A stretch of 64,000 bases of DNA from Chrysomallon squamiferum (taxonomy: Eukaryota; Animalia; Mollusca): contig CM022668.1 in NCBI GenBank assembly GCA_012295275.1, positions 1,364,001 to 1,428,000 on the forward strand, in the 5' to 3' direction. Positions within the stretch are counted from its first letter, which is position 1. The number at the start of each line of letters is the position of its first letter. The translations under genes and the position numbers were made by a program. The notes beneath the pieces are model-generated. The model made no database searches, had not been told where the DNA came from, and saw nothing but the letters and a program-made list of their open reading frames with translations. Shown here one piece after another: positions 14,070 to 27,960 of the stretch.

Positions 14070-14407
14070 TCAGTTATAAAATGAAAACTAGTATTAAAAT
14101 TCATTTTGGTATCTTTATATATTTATTTAAATGTAATTATACATTTTTATTAAATATTTTTGTTATTATTATTGTTGTTTTGTTTTTGTTCATACTTTAA
14201 TAGTATTATTAATTTTTCTTTTCACATTCGTTCAGATATGAAAATTTTCTTGGAATATTTAGCTATGATTTATTGTCTTGAAGCTTGAATTTATTTATTT
14301 ATTTATTTTAAATAGTAAGGTAATGTAGAAAAAAAATTCTATATATATTATCATCTTTGGCTTGTCAAATTAACCGGCTTTGATAACCACCGTTATCGTA
14401 GTCTTCT

Positions 14408-14654
14408 TTAAGTCAAGGGAGGTAAATGTAAATGGACCTAGAATATTTATTTCATATTCTATTTTATTATTATTTTTCATTTTAGATTTTGTTTTAGTTT
14501 ATTTTTCTAACTTCGGCTACAGAAAGCGCGTGACAGTAGTTGGAAAAATAATCTGTTGATAAAATTCTTCACCAAACTCTATTAATGCACATTTATAAAT
14601 TAAAATGCTTTAGCTTTTCTAAAACTACTTCCTGTTTACCTCCCTTGAGTTAAA
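14408..14654. repeat. 20-bp inverted repeat pair (19/20) around ~207 bp; possible MITE relic
   Basis: tttaagtcaagggaggtaaa at 14408-14427 versus tttacctcccttgagttaaa at 14635-14654. Confidence 0.5.
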
Positions 14655-15246
14655 AAAAAGAGCAAAAAAAGGATAAATAAAAATTAATAAGGATCAAATT
14701 TTAGCGCTACTGTGATAAAAAACGTAAACATTGACCTTATATTATATACACAACGTTTTAAATAATTGTTCAAAAAAGCAAATCGTAGAAACATTCCGCG
14801 AAAACTTCATATTTGAATATGTGAAAAGATCTTGAGACGTTTCATTGTTATCGAGGAAATAACTTAATTAGTTAATAAGTTGTCTTTATTAATTTAAAGT
14901 TTGCTGACGGTACTGACTATTTCAGTTTTCACTATTTTGTATTTTCATTCTTCACTATACTGTTAAATGTTAAATATACGTATTTAGTAACTCGCTACTC
15001 ATATATAATAATAATAATATATAAAGATATACAGCAATATCTGATAAATTAAGGGTAGAATGAAAACAGAAAAGTGTCTTGAGTTTATGACATCCGAAAT
15101 ATACCGTAGCATATAATTATATATATAATTTTATTTATCTAAAAATGTAAATAAATGCTCAATGTTACTAATAACACTATATTCTAGAAAATTAAAGCAG
15201 CTTTTTCTTTTTTATATTATATTTTAAAATTATGATTATGATTATG

Positions 15247-15314
<68 letters not shown>

Positions 15315-15718
15315 TTCATTCATTCATTTATTTGATTTTGTGTCTTAACTTGAACTGGTTCTCACTGAGTTAGGCCATTACAGAATAACATGTTTTATAG
15401 AACAAATGCAGAAAAATCTTCCTATACTGACTTTAAAAAAAAAAAATTTGACTAACTGTTGCACTAACTGGAATGAATGTGTTAGTTGTTATGTTTTAAT
15501 GTACAATTTGCAGTTTATATTAGTAAGCAATTTTTTATTTTTGGTGCAAACATAAATACAATAAACTGAATAATTCAGTTTCATAAATAGTATAGCCAAA
15601 TGAAGAACATATATTTTTTAATAATACAAAATCATTGTAGAGTAAACTTAAAGAAAATGAATGTATTCTGATATTTGGCTAATGATAAATGTATTTAGTT
15701 TCAGATAACTCAAACAAC

Positions 15719-16913
15719 ATGGATGCCCTAGACCCAGCTGAAAGAAAGAAGATAATCGAAATAATGAAGGAAAAAGAGTAAAACTTGTTTTTTAATTAAT
15801 TCGGATAGCATCTGTCTATCTACTTACCTATCTATTTAAACACACACACATACACACACACATTACACACAACACTAAGTTACATTTTTTCCAACACAAC
15901 CAAACAGCATAATCAACCATAATTTATAACATGAAACTATATATATATATGTTTTTAATTTTTATTGTTATTTTCTTATATATAAAATGATTGTATGCTT
16001 ATAATCAGTTTATTGTTCACAGTCAGTTATTTGAAAATCAAAGAATGAAAAAATATAATGAATTCTAATTTATTCAAACAGGAGAAATGTTCCTTCTATG
16101 GACTGGATGTACACAAAAACAAAACCTGACACAGAGGAGTACCTGCTGGGGAAGAAGGTGGACAAAGCTTTTGAAACCAAAGATCAGCAAGAGGAGACAA
16201 TTCCTCAAAGTATGATATTTTTTGTATTCTTTACTAAACACTGTTTAAAACTGCACATATTGTGTCTCATTTCTGTAAGTAATACATAACTTCTCCAAAA
16301 TGTATACATTGATATATGCATATTTTGTTGATTGTATAATCACATGCATGTCTGTAAACACACACACATACACTGTTTTAATATTCATAGATACAGTGTT
16401 GGATTTTAATGATTGTCAGAGAACCTTCTGTATTATTTAATGTTCAAACTGATTTATGACTGACATTAAAATTAATGTTCTGTGTCCAAAAAATATTTTG
16501 AATTAATAATAATTAATTAATGAATGTGTTTTGCTTTACAACTTGAATATGTTTGAATTGTTCTTGAAACAGTGGATCCAAGAAGAACAAAATGTGTTTA
16601 CAATATTGTTGGCATTATTATATTAATCTAGGTGAAGTATTTGGGGAAAGGATAAAAGCAAACATTACTCTGGATATGCAAGCCAAAATGAGAGAAGATC
16701 CTTTGTTTGCTATTAAGTACGTGTTCAGGAGATTATTTATATTTTTTCTGCTACAAAATCATAAGAATGTTTCTGATTATTTACAATTCAACCATCACAA
16801 CTTTAGAATACCTGTTCTAGTGTTATTTAAAAAACCCACAAATAAAATCATGAGTAAAATTACAGTAACTGTACATTTCTGCAATTAAAAGTATTGGTAT
16901 AGTTAAAAAAATA

Positions 16914-16946
<33 letters not shown>

Positions 16947-17420
16947 AATAAAATGATTACAAAACACCTTTCTGTAGATGTGTTATAAAAATAAAATTTT
17001 AATTGTTCATAGAAAGGTGGAAGAGGAATCAAGACGAAAATTACTGCAGAATCCAATCAAAATGAAACAGTTAAAAAAGATGGTAAATTTCTTTTCTTGT
17101 GTTTCTGATCAGGCACACAGGTAGTTATGTCCATGTTTTCATTTGTCACATTTTTTTAATGATATTACAAACTTGGTATTGTGGTGTGATTATCAGCTTT
17201 CTAGATTTTTTTGTCTTTGAACTGAGAACCAATAAACAATGTGTCAGTCAGAACATTTTAATTCAACATCATTTTAAATCTGATAGCTTGATGATAGCCA
17301 TATCTGCTAGTTTGAGACACCAGAAAGAGGAAGAAAAAAAATCAAACCTAGTACATTGTGAACTGGTAACAATGATAGTAAGTTGGTATAATGGGTGCTT
17401 TCAAAATAAATGTATATGTA

Positions 17421-17465
<45 letters not shown>

Positions 17466-18220
17466 TTATATATATATATCCTTATAAAAATACTTCATAA
17501 AACTGAACACAATAGAGATTTTTAAAATTTATTTCATAGATAGAACAACAGAACCGAGCAAAGAGAAAGAAAAAGCACAAGAAGCATGGATCTGACAGTG
17601 AAGATGATGAACTGATCAGTAAATACTTGTCAATTTTAAGCAAAAAACACAGCAGTAAACATGAAAAACAGAAAAAGTCAGCCTCAAAAGGAGCTAAATA
17701 TTCCAAGCATGATAACTGTGATTCTAAGAGAAGTGAGAGAAATCTTTCAAATCAATCCTCTGGAGATGATTCTGATGTGTATAAAAATAAACATTCAAAA
17801 AAACATCTTTCTAAACACAGACATAGATCTGAGGAAAGAGAGAGTTCATTGGTTAAGGAAAAGATTAGCAGTTCATCAGGTGTTGAGTACAAAAGGCAGC
17901 GATACAACAGTAGCAGCAGTGAAGATAGTCAACCAAAACAGTATGGATTAATTGTATGTAACATAAAACTGCCATCTACTTTTTCATTACAGGCTTTAAA
18001 ATTATTACAAGTAAAAAAAAATTATTTTCATGCTTTACTATTTAGAACTGAAAGTTAATATAAGAATCAGTTCTGCAAAGGCGCATTTAAAACTTCTAAA
18101 CGTTCAGTTCAGCATGATGAATTCATATTAGAAAATTCAGACTCTTCTTGTTCCTAAATCATAGATATTTTAATTAGATATAGAATTAAAAAAAAATTAA
18201 TATTAGATATTAATGCCTTT

Positions 18221-18252
<32 letters not shown>

Positions 18253-19506
18253 AATTGTATTTTTTTTGTGTCGAGATTTAGCAGAAATGAATTAGATTAT
18301 TATTTTTATTATTTAGAAGATGGAAAGTTCGCTCTCAAAAAAGTATGATCCAGCTAGTTCAAGATCAAGGTCACCAAAAACAACCTCAGACAGAGAGCAG
18401 ACTGACACTCACAGATCTTCAGATAAACACAACAGTAGGTCTCCTGTGTCTAGATCCAAACAAAGAGATAATCATAGCAGGCATCCAGTGAAATCTAAAC
18501 GAGAAAGATCCCCGCCAAAAAGGTACAAACTAAAATGACAGAAGTTTCTTTCTGGATATTTTGTCTTGGTAGAAAGAAACAGATTTTATTTTACAGCATG
18601 AAATCAGTTAATTTAAGGATTTGAAAGATTATAATGAATCCCAGTTTACAATTGTTAAATATTATACAAGTAAGTTTTCATATTTGGCTAACATGAAGTG
18701 TTAATAAATGATAAGCCATATTAGTGAAAGACTGAACCATTAAAAGATAATGATAAAAAAGATTAATGTAACATTTTTTATTAATTTTCTTCAAGTTATA
18801 TGAAAAAGAAATGTTAGAAATAAATGCTTTATATTATTATTATGAATTAAATAGATTATCATTTTGTCATAGTTTTCTGTATATATCTTAAGTTATGTTA
18901 CTGCTCTCTGTCAGACATTTTTCTAAAACAGCTGGATAGGAAGAAGCTGCTAGTTTTATTTAATATCTCAGTAGAGTTTTCTTGAATTGCTAACAGTGAT
19001 TTTGTTTTTCAAGAAAACTGACAGCTGAAGAACGAGAGAAGAAACTAGCTGAAATGATGGAAAATGCTAAATGGAGAGAGGAGCAGCGCAGATCGAACGT
19101 CAAGCACTATGAGATAGAAGACAGAAAGAAAGAAAAGTATGATGAAAGCAGCAGAGGAAGTAGTGCAAAATTTCTCAAGTAAGTACAGCTTCAATCAGTC
19201 CTTAACCGTTCTCACATCTTCTTAAATTATACCAGAGTTCCACCTTCAGAGAAATAAAATTAGAAAGACAGATGTGAGGAATGATTGTTACATTAAATAA
19301 AATACTACAGGATTTACTAAGTTATATTTTTTCAAAAATGATTATTTATTTATATATTGACAAATATGTTTTATTTATTTATTTATTTTAGCCCAATGTT
19401 GTCCAAGCATGCAGCAGAGAGCACAATAGAAGACAGAATAAAAAGAAATAAATATAACATTCAGCGAAGAAAAGCAGACCTTGAAAAGAATTTCACAGAA
19501 AAGTGA
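15719..19506 (+). CDS. CWC25: Pre-mRNA splicing factor CWC25 homologue (~413 aa), apparently N-terminally truncated
   Basis: Exons 15719-15777, 16082-16209, 16632-16716, 17013-17082, 17540-17953, 18317-18522, 19014-19178, 19392-19506; all GT-AG and phase-consistent. Motifs MDWMY, EEYLLGK, DMQAKMREDPLFAIK, LLQNPIKMK, EMMENAKWREE, IEDRIKRN..IQR...EKNF. Confidence 0.92.
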
Positions 19507-21016
19507 TCAAGCATCATAACTCTGTGTGCCAGTCAGTGAGACTGAGAAAACAAGTTAATAAAGAAATAAAACTTTTTATATTGATGCTTGTAATTTCTCT
19601 ATCACTCATCATTAATACTTCATAAGATACAGTTCTGGTAATAATCTTTCAAAATACAACTTAATATCTTTTAATTTGTTTTTAAATTGTACAGTTAGTA
19701 AAATTTAAAATAAACTGTATATCACATCTGAACATCCATGCATTTTTGTTGTTATCATTTATTTTTGTTGAAATGTTATTATTCAAGTATATTTGGCAAG
19801 AACAGATAAAATTACTTGTACTTTGTTAGAAACAACTGTTAGAAACTGGAGAAATTTAAGTATACATTTTCAAATAGTAGTAATGAAATGAGAAGAAAAA
19901 CACAATAAACTGCATATTTTTTGGAAAAATTCTATTAAAATATAACAGGAAGAAAAGCAGAAAAGAAAAACAATTGTTTCAAAAAGGTAATTGTGGTAAT
20001 TTTGTGTGTAGATAAAATACACATAAAACAAACTGCTTACATTTTTCAGAAATGAACTTTATTTTAACACTGAAAAACAATGTTTATAAAAATGACTTAA
20101 ATATTTTGTTAAACAAAATTAATTTATCACATTTACTTAAAAACTCTACAAACATTTGTAACTGTTTTGGGTCAAAATCTGTATTGATCAAAAATAATAA
20201 ATAAATTGATGTATCTATAAGTTAATTTGTAAAAGATCAGAAATCTATAAGTAAAAATTATTAAAATATGTATACTGTATATGTTAATGGTACAGTGTGG
20301 TAGGCATATGAACTCCGAATCTAATTTTTGTTCAATAAACTGTGATATTTGTGTTAAATCGGTTCATCTCAGCTGATTATATAGGTATTCAGATTTATCA
20401 TTTGTCCTTTTATTGCATCCTTTTATTATATCAGTGATAAAAAATAATAATGACCATTCAAAAGACATAATAAGGTCCGAAATAAAATGGAAGTTTAATT
20501 TTATTATGAATAAATTCATTTGGAATTTTTCCCAGGAATTAAATAATTTGAAATTTAAAGCATAATAAATTATCTTTTTATTTATTTCTGAAAAATAACA
20601 AATTTAACTTTAATATCAATATTAGATAACTGCATCCTTCTCAGAAAGGTGAAAAGAAAATGAGGTAAAATTATCTGGAAACCACCACGTATTCATTCAT
20701 TTCACAAGGATAAACTGAATATTGAATTAAAAACTTTTTAGATGTACATTATTGTAATTTCTCAAATGAAGATTTTAAAAATATCTACTGCTTCTTTTAC
20801 TGACATGTAGTTACACAAAGATTAAACACAGAACTTGTAAATGTTTTATGTAACTTTGAATACAACAGAACAGATTTTTACAATAAAACATTAATTTATC
20901 TAAGAGACAGCATTAAGAGAACTTTTCTAGTACAGGTAATTTTATCTGAGATGCAGCTTTGATTTACTCTGAATGCATTCACAAATAGTTGTTCACACAA
21001 ATCGTCTGTCTAGTGA

Positions 21017-22694
21017 CTACATGTTACACCAGGTGAACACTGATGTGTGAAATATTCGGGAGTCCTCTGCTCTGTCTTGCACTGCTGTGGTTGGTGGTCC
21101 TCTTGCCTCAGCCACGATCTCAATTAAACTCTTCATCTTAATCCTTACCCTGTCTGTCTGTCAGCAAAAACAACAGTTACATTAAACATCGATAGTCCAG
21201 TGAGAAAACATAATGAGTTCTAGGCGTTGTGACAAAGATCCCAAATTTCTGTATTTAAATAACTATTATGTGAATGTTTTCATACAATATCTAATGTGTG
21301 TGTAAAAGAGAAATTGCTGTATGTCATTTGCTTAATTATTACAACACTTAGGGTAAACACAGATGGACCTCAAATTAATATAAAATATTTCTTCACACTG
21401 GCTTTTTAAAAAGCAACAATCAACAAAATATATTTGATGATTCTGTTTTGCTTGGTATCCAGATATTACCATGTATTAATGTACATGAAGCCTATACAGT
21501 TTTGTGTTGATTTGATGGATGGTTTAAATTATATTTGCAATTATAGCTATCACCTTTTGCCTTCAAAAATAATCATGAAACTAACAAACAAAAGTGTAAA
21601 TGCTGTGTCATTTCAAAGTGTGTAATCATAATACAGATCACTGTAATCAAAGTCTACATGTAAGATTTTCAAATAATTACAGCTGAACATTTTTTTTTCT
21701 TGTTGTTTTTCCCTACCAGTTTTTGTTTTTAATAAACAACATAGGTGCACCAAAAATGTTCTATGTATATTTATTTATATTTCATTCTCTTACTGTTTTA
21801 GTTAGAATTGTTAAAATTAAGAACCTGGCTAAGTGATTCAATTTTTGTTTCAAGTTTGGTTATCTTGTCTTGTAAAACTTTCTGTTCCTGTTAAAAAAAT
21901 AATAATAAAATTAAAAAATAAGAACAAAAGAAAAGACATTAAATAATTATTTCTTGTATTAAAAAAAGAAAAAATCTATAAATTTATAATTAATTTCCTG
22001 AAGTAAATATGTGTACAGTTTTTGTGTTATCAGTTTGAAGTAGTTTGTAACATAATTCCAGACCTGCTTAGCACTGATATCTGTTAAAAAGTAATATTTG
22101 AAAAAAAAAAAAAATATATATATATATTAGATGTATCAGCCAAGTTTTGTTACTTGTTATTTCCTGTTTTGTGGCGCAATTTAAATTTACTCAGGATTTT
22201 CCATGCTGCAAAGCCAACTTAAATCTGAATTTGTTTCTAAACTTGTTTATTTGCAACAGCTTTACAAAAGCTGATTATGTGTACTTTCATTTTTATTATA
22301 TTTTTCTTTATTTTATTTTTTTTAGAAAGATAATTTAATATTTCACTGTTGTCTCTGAATAACCAATTTTCCATAGTGATCGTGATTGCATACCAATATT
22401 ATGGTTGTTAAAATGAATAGTATTTCATTAGTTTTACTTCATTTTACACTGTATATGGGTTAATATAAAGATGATGAGTGCAAAACAAAAGCACTGAGAT
22501 AAATATTAAGTGGATATATTTGTTACCTCAAACTGGTTCGTTTTTTCTTTTCTGCAACTTTGTTGTAATTCAATATAAGATTGCTCCAGAACTTTAATCA
22601 TTTCTTGTAACTGTTTCATTTTAGGTGAGAAATTTCCAAGCTAAAACAGAATTAAACAGCTGTTGAAAGGGATCAGATTATTCATAACTTCACA

Positions 22695-22726
<32 letters not shown>

Positions 22727-25371
22727 CTTTCCTGCCCCAGAGAAGCAAAGCAGTTAGTTTGATTATTTTCAACACAATGTTTGTAAAATTGTAACATTAT
22801 TAATTTAGCTGTCATTGTTCACAAATGTCTTTTCTTTTTCTTTTTTTTTTTCTGAGAAGGAATGTGTTTGCTGTGGACAGGCGTAACTAATGTCTCTGCT
22901 CATGTCTAAAACATTTATCTGAATAATTTATGTTAGAATGGGACAAGATGGCTAAGATATATTATGTCGTATATTTAATTGAAAAAAAAAAAAAAAAAAA
23001 AAAATGAAATAAAAAAAAAACAGAAAAAAATTTGATTAAACGACTGATTTTTTTAACAATGTTTTTCTTTCTTTTCAATATAAATATTTAGAAAATAATT
23101 ACCTCATTTTGAATTTTGACAGCATTGACTAAAAAATTTATTTTTCCACGTAATTTTATGAATTTCTCTTGAAGCATCGCTTTCTTTCTCTGCAGTTCCA
23201 ACCATCGACCATATTCTAACTCTTTAACTGCCAACAATTTCTGTTTGAATAAATATGAGAAAAACTTTTGAACATATTTACAATAAATTATTAGAACAGC
23301 TGTTGTGTGTTAGTAATAATCATCTGTGTGTGTGGCTGTGCCTGTGCGCGCATTTTTGTCCTATTACTAGGTAATAAATAAAGTTTATTTCAGTATAACA
23401 ATCCTATGAAACGACATTTTACATGCAATACCTTTATATAAAGACGGTCCAAGTCTGCATTTTGCTCACGAAACTTATTAATTTCATCATCAATTTTAAA
23501 CAGCTTGTCTTTGGGAATCAGCGCTGAGATTCCTTGCATGTAGGCATTAAAAATTCTTGTAAGTTTCTGGCCATTTCGTTCCTGTTAAAGTTTGCACAAA
23601 TTTCAATTACTAATAATTATTTTAATTTTTCAAAAATATATTTTTTTATTTATAAGTGACATCAATTAAACATGTATATGGTAATGTAGTTTTTTGATCA
23701 TACAACAGTTATCGAAAGTAATGAAAATTTTGTTTATCTAAATTCATTTGAAAACGGGACAGACAGCAACTTTCTATATATTTTGTTTTGTAATTTTTAT
23801 TTATTTTATTCTTTATTTTATGGTTGGTTGTTTCTTCTGTATATAGATTATTTGTGTGAATCTGCAGCTACCTCTTCGTTGAAATTATCGGATGCAAAAC
23901 ATGCTTTGTAATATGTTGTAATCTCGTCTTGGAATTTGTCTGTTGTAGCTGCTGAAATATCACTCTCGTCGACGTCTTCCAGGAAGTGACCGTACACTGC
24001 CGCGATCTCTAACATCTGCTCTTCCTGTAATATTCAGAACTATTATTAAAATAACGATGTTGATAATAACTGGTCACCGTTTTTTTTCAAAAATAATTAT
24101 TTTTATAAGAAGACTATCTATTAGCTGTAATTCTCTCACATACAAAGTGTCTACCATTTCATTTTTGTTGTATTCGCCATGCAGCTTATTCTTTTTTTCA
24201 TAGAACTTCCAAATCTCTTTCTCGAGGTCTCTAAGTTTTTCTCGAAGAGCATTACATTTTAAATATTCCTCCACAGTTTCTTCTATTTTTATTTGTAATC
24301 CATCCACCTCTCCTCGCCTTGTTTGCAGTTCATCCTGAAACGGTACGAGAAACGAAGCACCACATAAATAACTAAAAAAAAAAAAAAAAAAAGGAATCAA
24401 TTAATGGTATAAACTAATATAATATTGTTTTTTGGAATATCTCTTAGCATTTCTTTCTTTTGTTTTTATTAATGTTTTTCCTTTTAATAGAAAAAAGTGT
24501 CATTTACTTTATGTCTCACTATTTACTGTTTTAAGTGAAAACGCTGCAACATTTAAAACGTATAAATATACATACAGAACTTTAACTGAAACCTATAGTA
24601 ACCTAATTTTTAAAGCACTTACTGCACGTGCAATACCCTTCAAAATAAATCTCAGAAACACACTTATTGTGGAGAAGAAAAAAACCTGATCAGTGCTAGT
24701 TCATTATATTTCATCTTTTATAATTATTTAGATGTTAATTTAAGTAAATTCCCTGACTCAGATACCTTAGCTGCATCATAATGATCGTCGATGTCGTCCA
24801 GTATGGACGTTCTGTGAGGAAATATATGTATGATGTTCATCATCCGTTTACCCTTTTCTGGAGGAATCTCTTGAGAATCTTGGGCATTGGTTACAGGTTC
24901 ATTCTGATTGTTTTCCAGTCGAATATGACTGAAGTGGAGGTCTGGCACGTTTTTCACGTAGATCCACATCACTGCAAACTGTCCCACTCCACTACAATGC
25001 TCAAAGAGACTGGTGCAGCTTCTGTACTCTACAGATGACATCATCTGAGCCACTCCACAAAAGTGCCCACTCCCAGTGACGTTAAAGAATAGAAATATAA
25101 ATCCCTTGCCATTGCGTTCACGAAAGGCTTTATCTAGTCGTTTGTTCCCTCTCTTCGTGCTGCGCCATATTCTACTTTTGATGGAAGAACGAACTTCATT
25201 CTCCGAGCTGCACTTAACAATAAAAAATCTGGCTCCTTTCGTGGTCAAGGTAAAGGTGTCAGGATTGTAACTATTTTGATTGAGGGTCTGCGCTAGTATA
25301 AAATGTCCATTCAATCTATTTGTATGGACGTTAGGGATGGGTGCATTGTTATTTTCACCAAGACAAGACAT
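21017..25371 (-). CDS. YTH-domain (YTHDF-type, divergent) plus coiled-coil fusion protein, ~514 aa
   Basis: Exons 25371-24766, 24334-24155, 24024-23872, 23581-23432, 23240-23103, 22640-22527, 21887-21825, 21157-21017; all GT-AG, all phase 0, no internal stops. The YTH domain is unambiguous (YNPDTF..KGARFFIVK, IWRST..GNKRLD, GSGHFCGVAQM, HIRLENN.N.PVTN). The YTH-to-exon-2 join and the last two exons are less certain. An acceptor at 25383 implies an unlocated upstream exon. Confidence 0.75.
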
Positions 25372-26369
25372 AGGTTTAGATATCTGTAAATAAATGGAAA
25401 TAAATAAATAAATTGCCAAATAGAGTTTAAGAAAAATGATTATGAATAACTTGTAAAGAATTCGCAAAGAAACTAAACAAAACGAAATAAGCTCATCAGT
25501 TTACTTTTTCATTTGAACCCATTGCTCAGAATATAATTAAAATGAGAAATAGGCAAAAAATTTGAATAATTATATTTTACTGCTTTTATTTAGACATTAC
25601 AAACACACAAGCAATGACAAGATGGGAAAATGTTCTGTTTTGTATTAAAATACAGTTGCATTGTCAAAAAAAAAAAAATATATATATATATACAAAAAAT
25701 ATAAAAATATGAAAAAAAAAAAAAAAAAAATAAATAAAAGTTAAAAAACGTCTGACATCTCTGACGGTGTATATTCTCGTTAGGTAATTTAGCTTTAAAA
25801 TGTGATTAGTTTTTCGGCTGATATAAATAATAAATTACAAATTATCACATAAACTGTTTCGAACGTATTTTGTGAGGTGTCCTCCGAATTAAAATTAATA
25901 AATAAATTATATTGAAAATGATTATAATAATGAGCATTACTTTTTACTTGAACTATACAAATCTAATTATGTGTATCAGTTGTATAATAATTATGTTTCA
26001 ATATGCCAATATTTGCTAAAAGTCTTTTGCTTTAAATTAATTTTAATAATTATCATATTTATTTATTAAAAAAAAAAAAAAAATAAAAAATTCCTTTCCT
26101 TTTTGGAGTACTTGTACAAAAGTCCGCCGGTGTTTCTTTTTTTTTTTTTTTTTTTTTTTTAATGAAGTAAATTGAAGAACTCCTGCATTACCTTTATTTT
26201 CTGAATAATTCAACAATATTTTATATGAATATTTAAAACGAGAGAACAAGGTTTCCAGTATTGACAGCTGAAGTTTCTAAACGTCATAAAATTTATTACG
26301 TCATTGCCTAATCTATGATTATTCATTTATCTATTTATATATATATATATATATTTTATTATTATTAAA

Positions 26370-26418
<49 letters not shown>

Positions 26419-27135
26419 GTTTTTTTATTAATTAGTTTTGGGTGCTGAGTGGAGGCTTGGGTCATTTAGTAATTCTTAAATCAGTGTGCGCATGAATGTC
26501 CAGACGTTGGTAGGCTGAATGGATTTAGACAAATCTAAAATGAAGCAAAAATAAACGAACATAAATAAACATTTGTTGAAATATAATTATGTTGTGCTTT
26601 ATACTTTTTTGCCATTACAGTTATATAAATTATAATTTTTACATAAAATGTGTCAATGCCTGAATATTTCGATCATTAGTAAGGGCGTCTGATCAATTAG
26701 AAACTTCTACCAAAAATCAAAGTTCATTTTATTACTTTGTTTATGGTAATTGGTTCGGAGTTAAATCGCATGTCCAATGTTTGTCACGTGTATTTCTTAC
26801 TATCTGAATTCAGTGAAACATTTATAAATATTACATTTTATTTATTTATTTATTTGTGATCGACCTGTCAATACGAATTATGACAATGACATATCACATT
26901 TTAAGGCAGTTTGTATAAATTAGAATTATCCAGTTGAGCAAAGTAGAAGTTTTTCGTGAAACAGAATAATAAATGACTACATTAACAAATGCTGTTCTAT
27001 ACGATTATGGAAAAACAGTTTTGTACTTATTCATGAAAAATATCAGTAGGTCACCTGCCAAACTTTGATGATTCGTATATTTCACGGAGTCTGGAACTGA
27101 TGGAAAATGACTAATGGTAAAAATAAAATAAAAAA

Positions 27136-27182
<47 letters not shown>

Positions 27183-27960
27183 TAATAAAAAAAATAAAAC
27201 ATAAAAAATAAATGATAAATGTTTAAACCATCAAATGAAACTTGTAGGGTCAATAAATTATAATACCTAAACAGCTGTGTTCTTTATTACATTATTTATA
27301 TAAAGTGTAAATAAAACACATTTGAAGAACCATTAAAGTTTTTGGTATTTTTTTTCTTTTGTTCAAAATTCCCAGAGAAATGGATCTATCAACCACATTC
27401 ATCTTAACATTGTGATTACATACTGCTGTAAACATGGCAAATAACAGTGGTAATCTGTATGACTTCATTACTAAACATGATCGTTGGAAACAATAAAATA
27501 ATAATTAAAGTATACTAAATATTCTTGTTTGGATTTTTTTAATAAAAATGTATTCATATCACAACATATTTTGTTTGTAATAATCTTCAGTTATTCATTC
27601 ATGTTTTTCTCCATAACTTTGCTAGTTGATCTTACAAATATGCAATATGTTATAATTTTTATGTAAACTTGAGACCAGTTCAAAAGTAACTGATCTTTAG
27701 CTCCAAGTTATTAATAATAACAAAAACAAAAAAATGTTTACCATCCTGTTTGCCAATTAAAAAACACCTAAAAACATTTTCACACACACACACACAAAAG
27801 TCTCTGGCTCTAATTTTGTTGTGAAATTCTACAACATTTAAATGCATAAATGTATATTGTTCTTTTTGATACCAACTGTCATTTTTATTTATAAATGTAA
27901 CAGTACATGAATTTCAAAACATCCACAGACGTCTGAACATTAGCAATTTCTTTGTGAAGA

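Noticed and set aside
22030-22080. Extra exon of the YTH fusion gene at a good acceptor (ttttaacag|atatc)
   Set aside because: In phase 0 it stops after 16 codons, and the 17-nt microexon option shifts the frame. It could be an alternative terminal exon, but this is unsupported.
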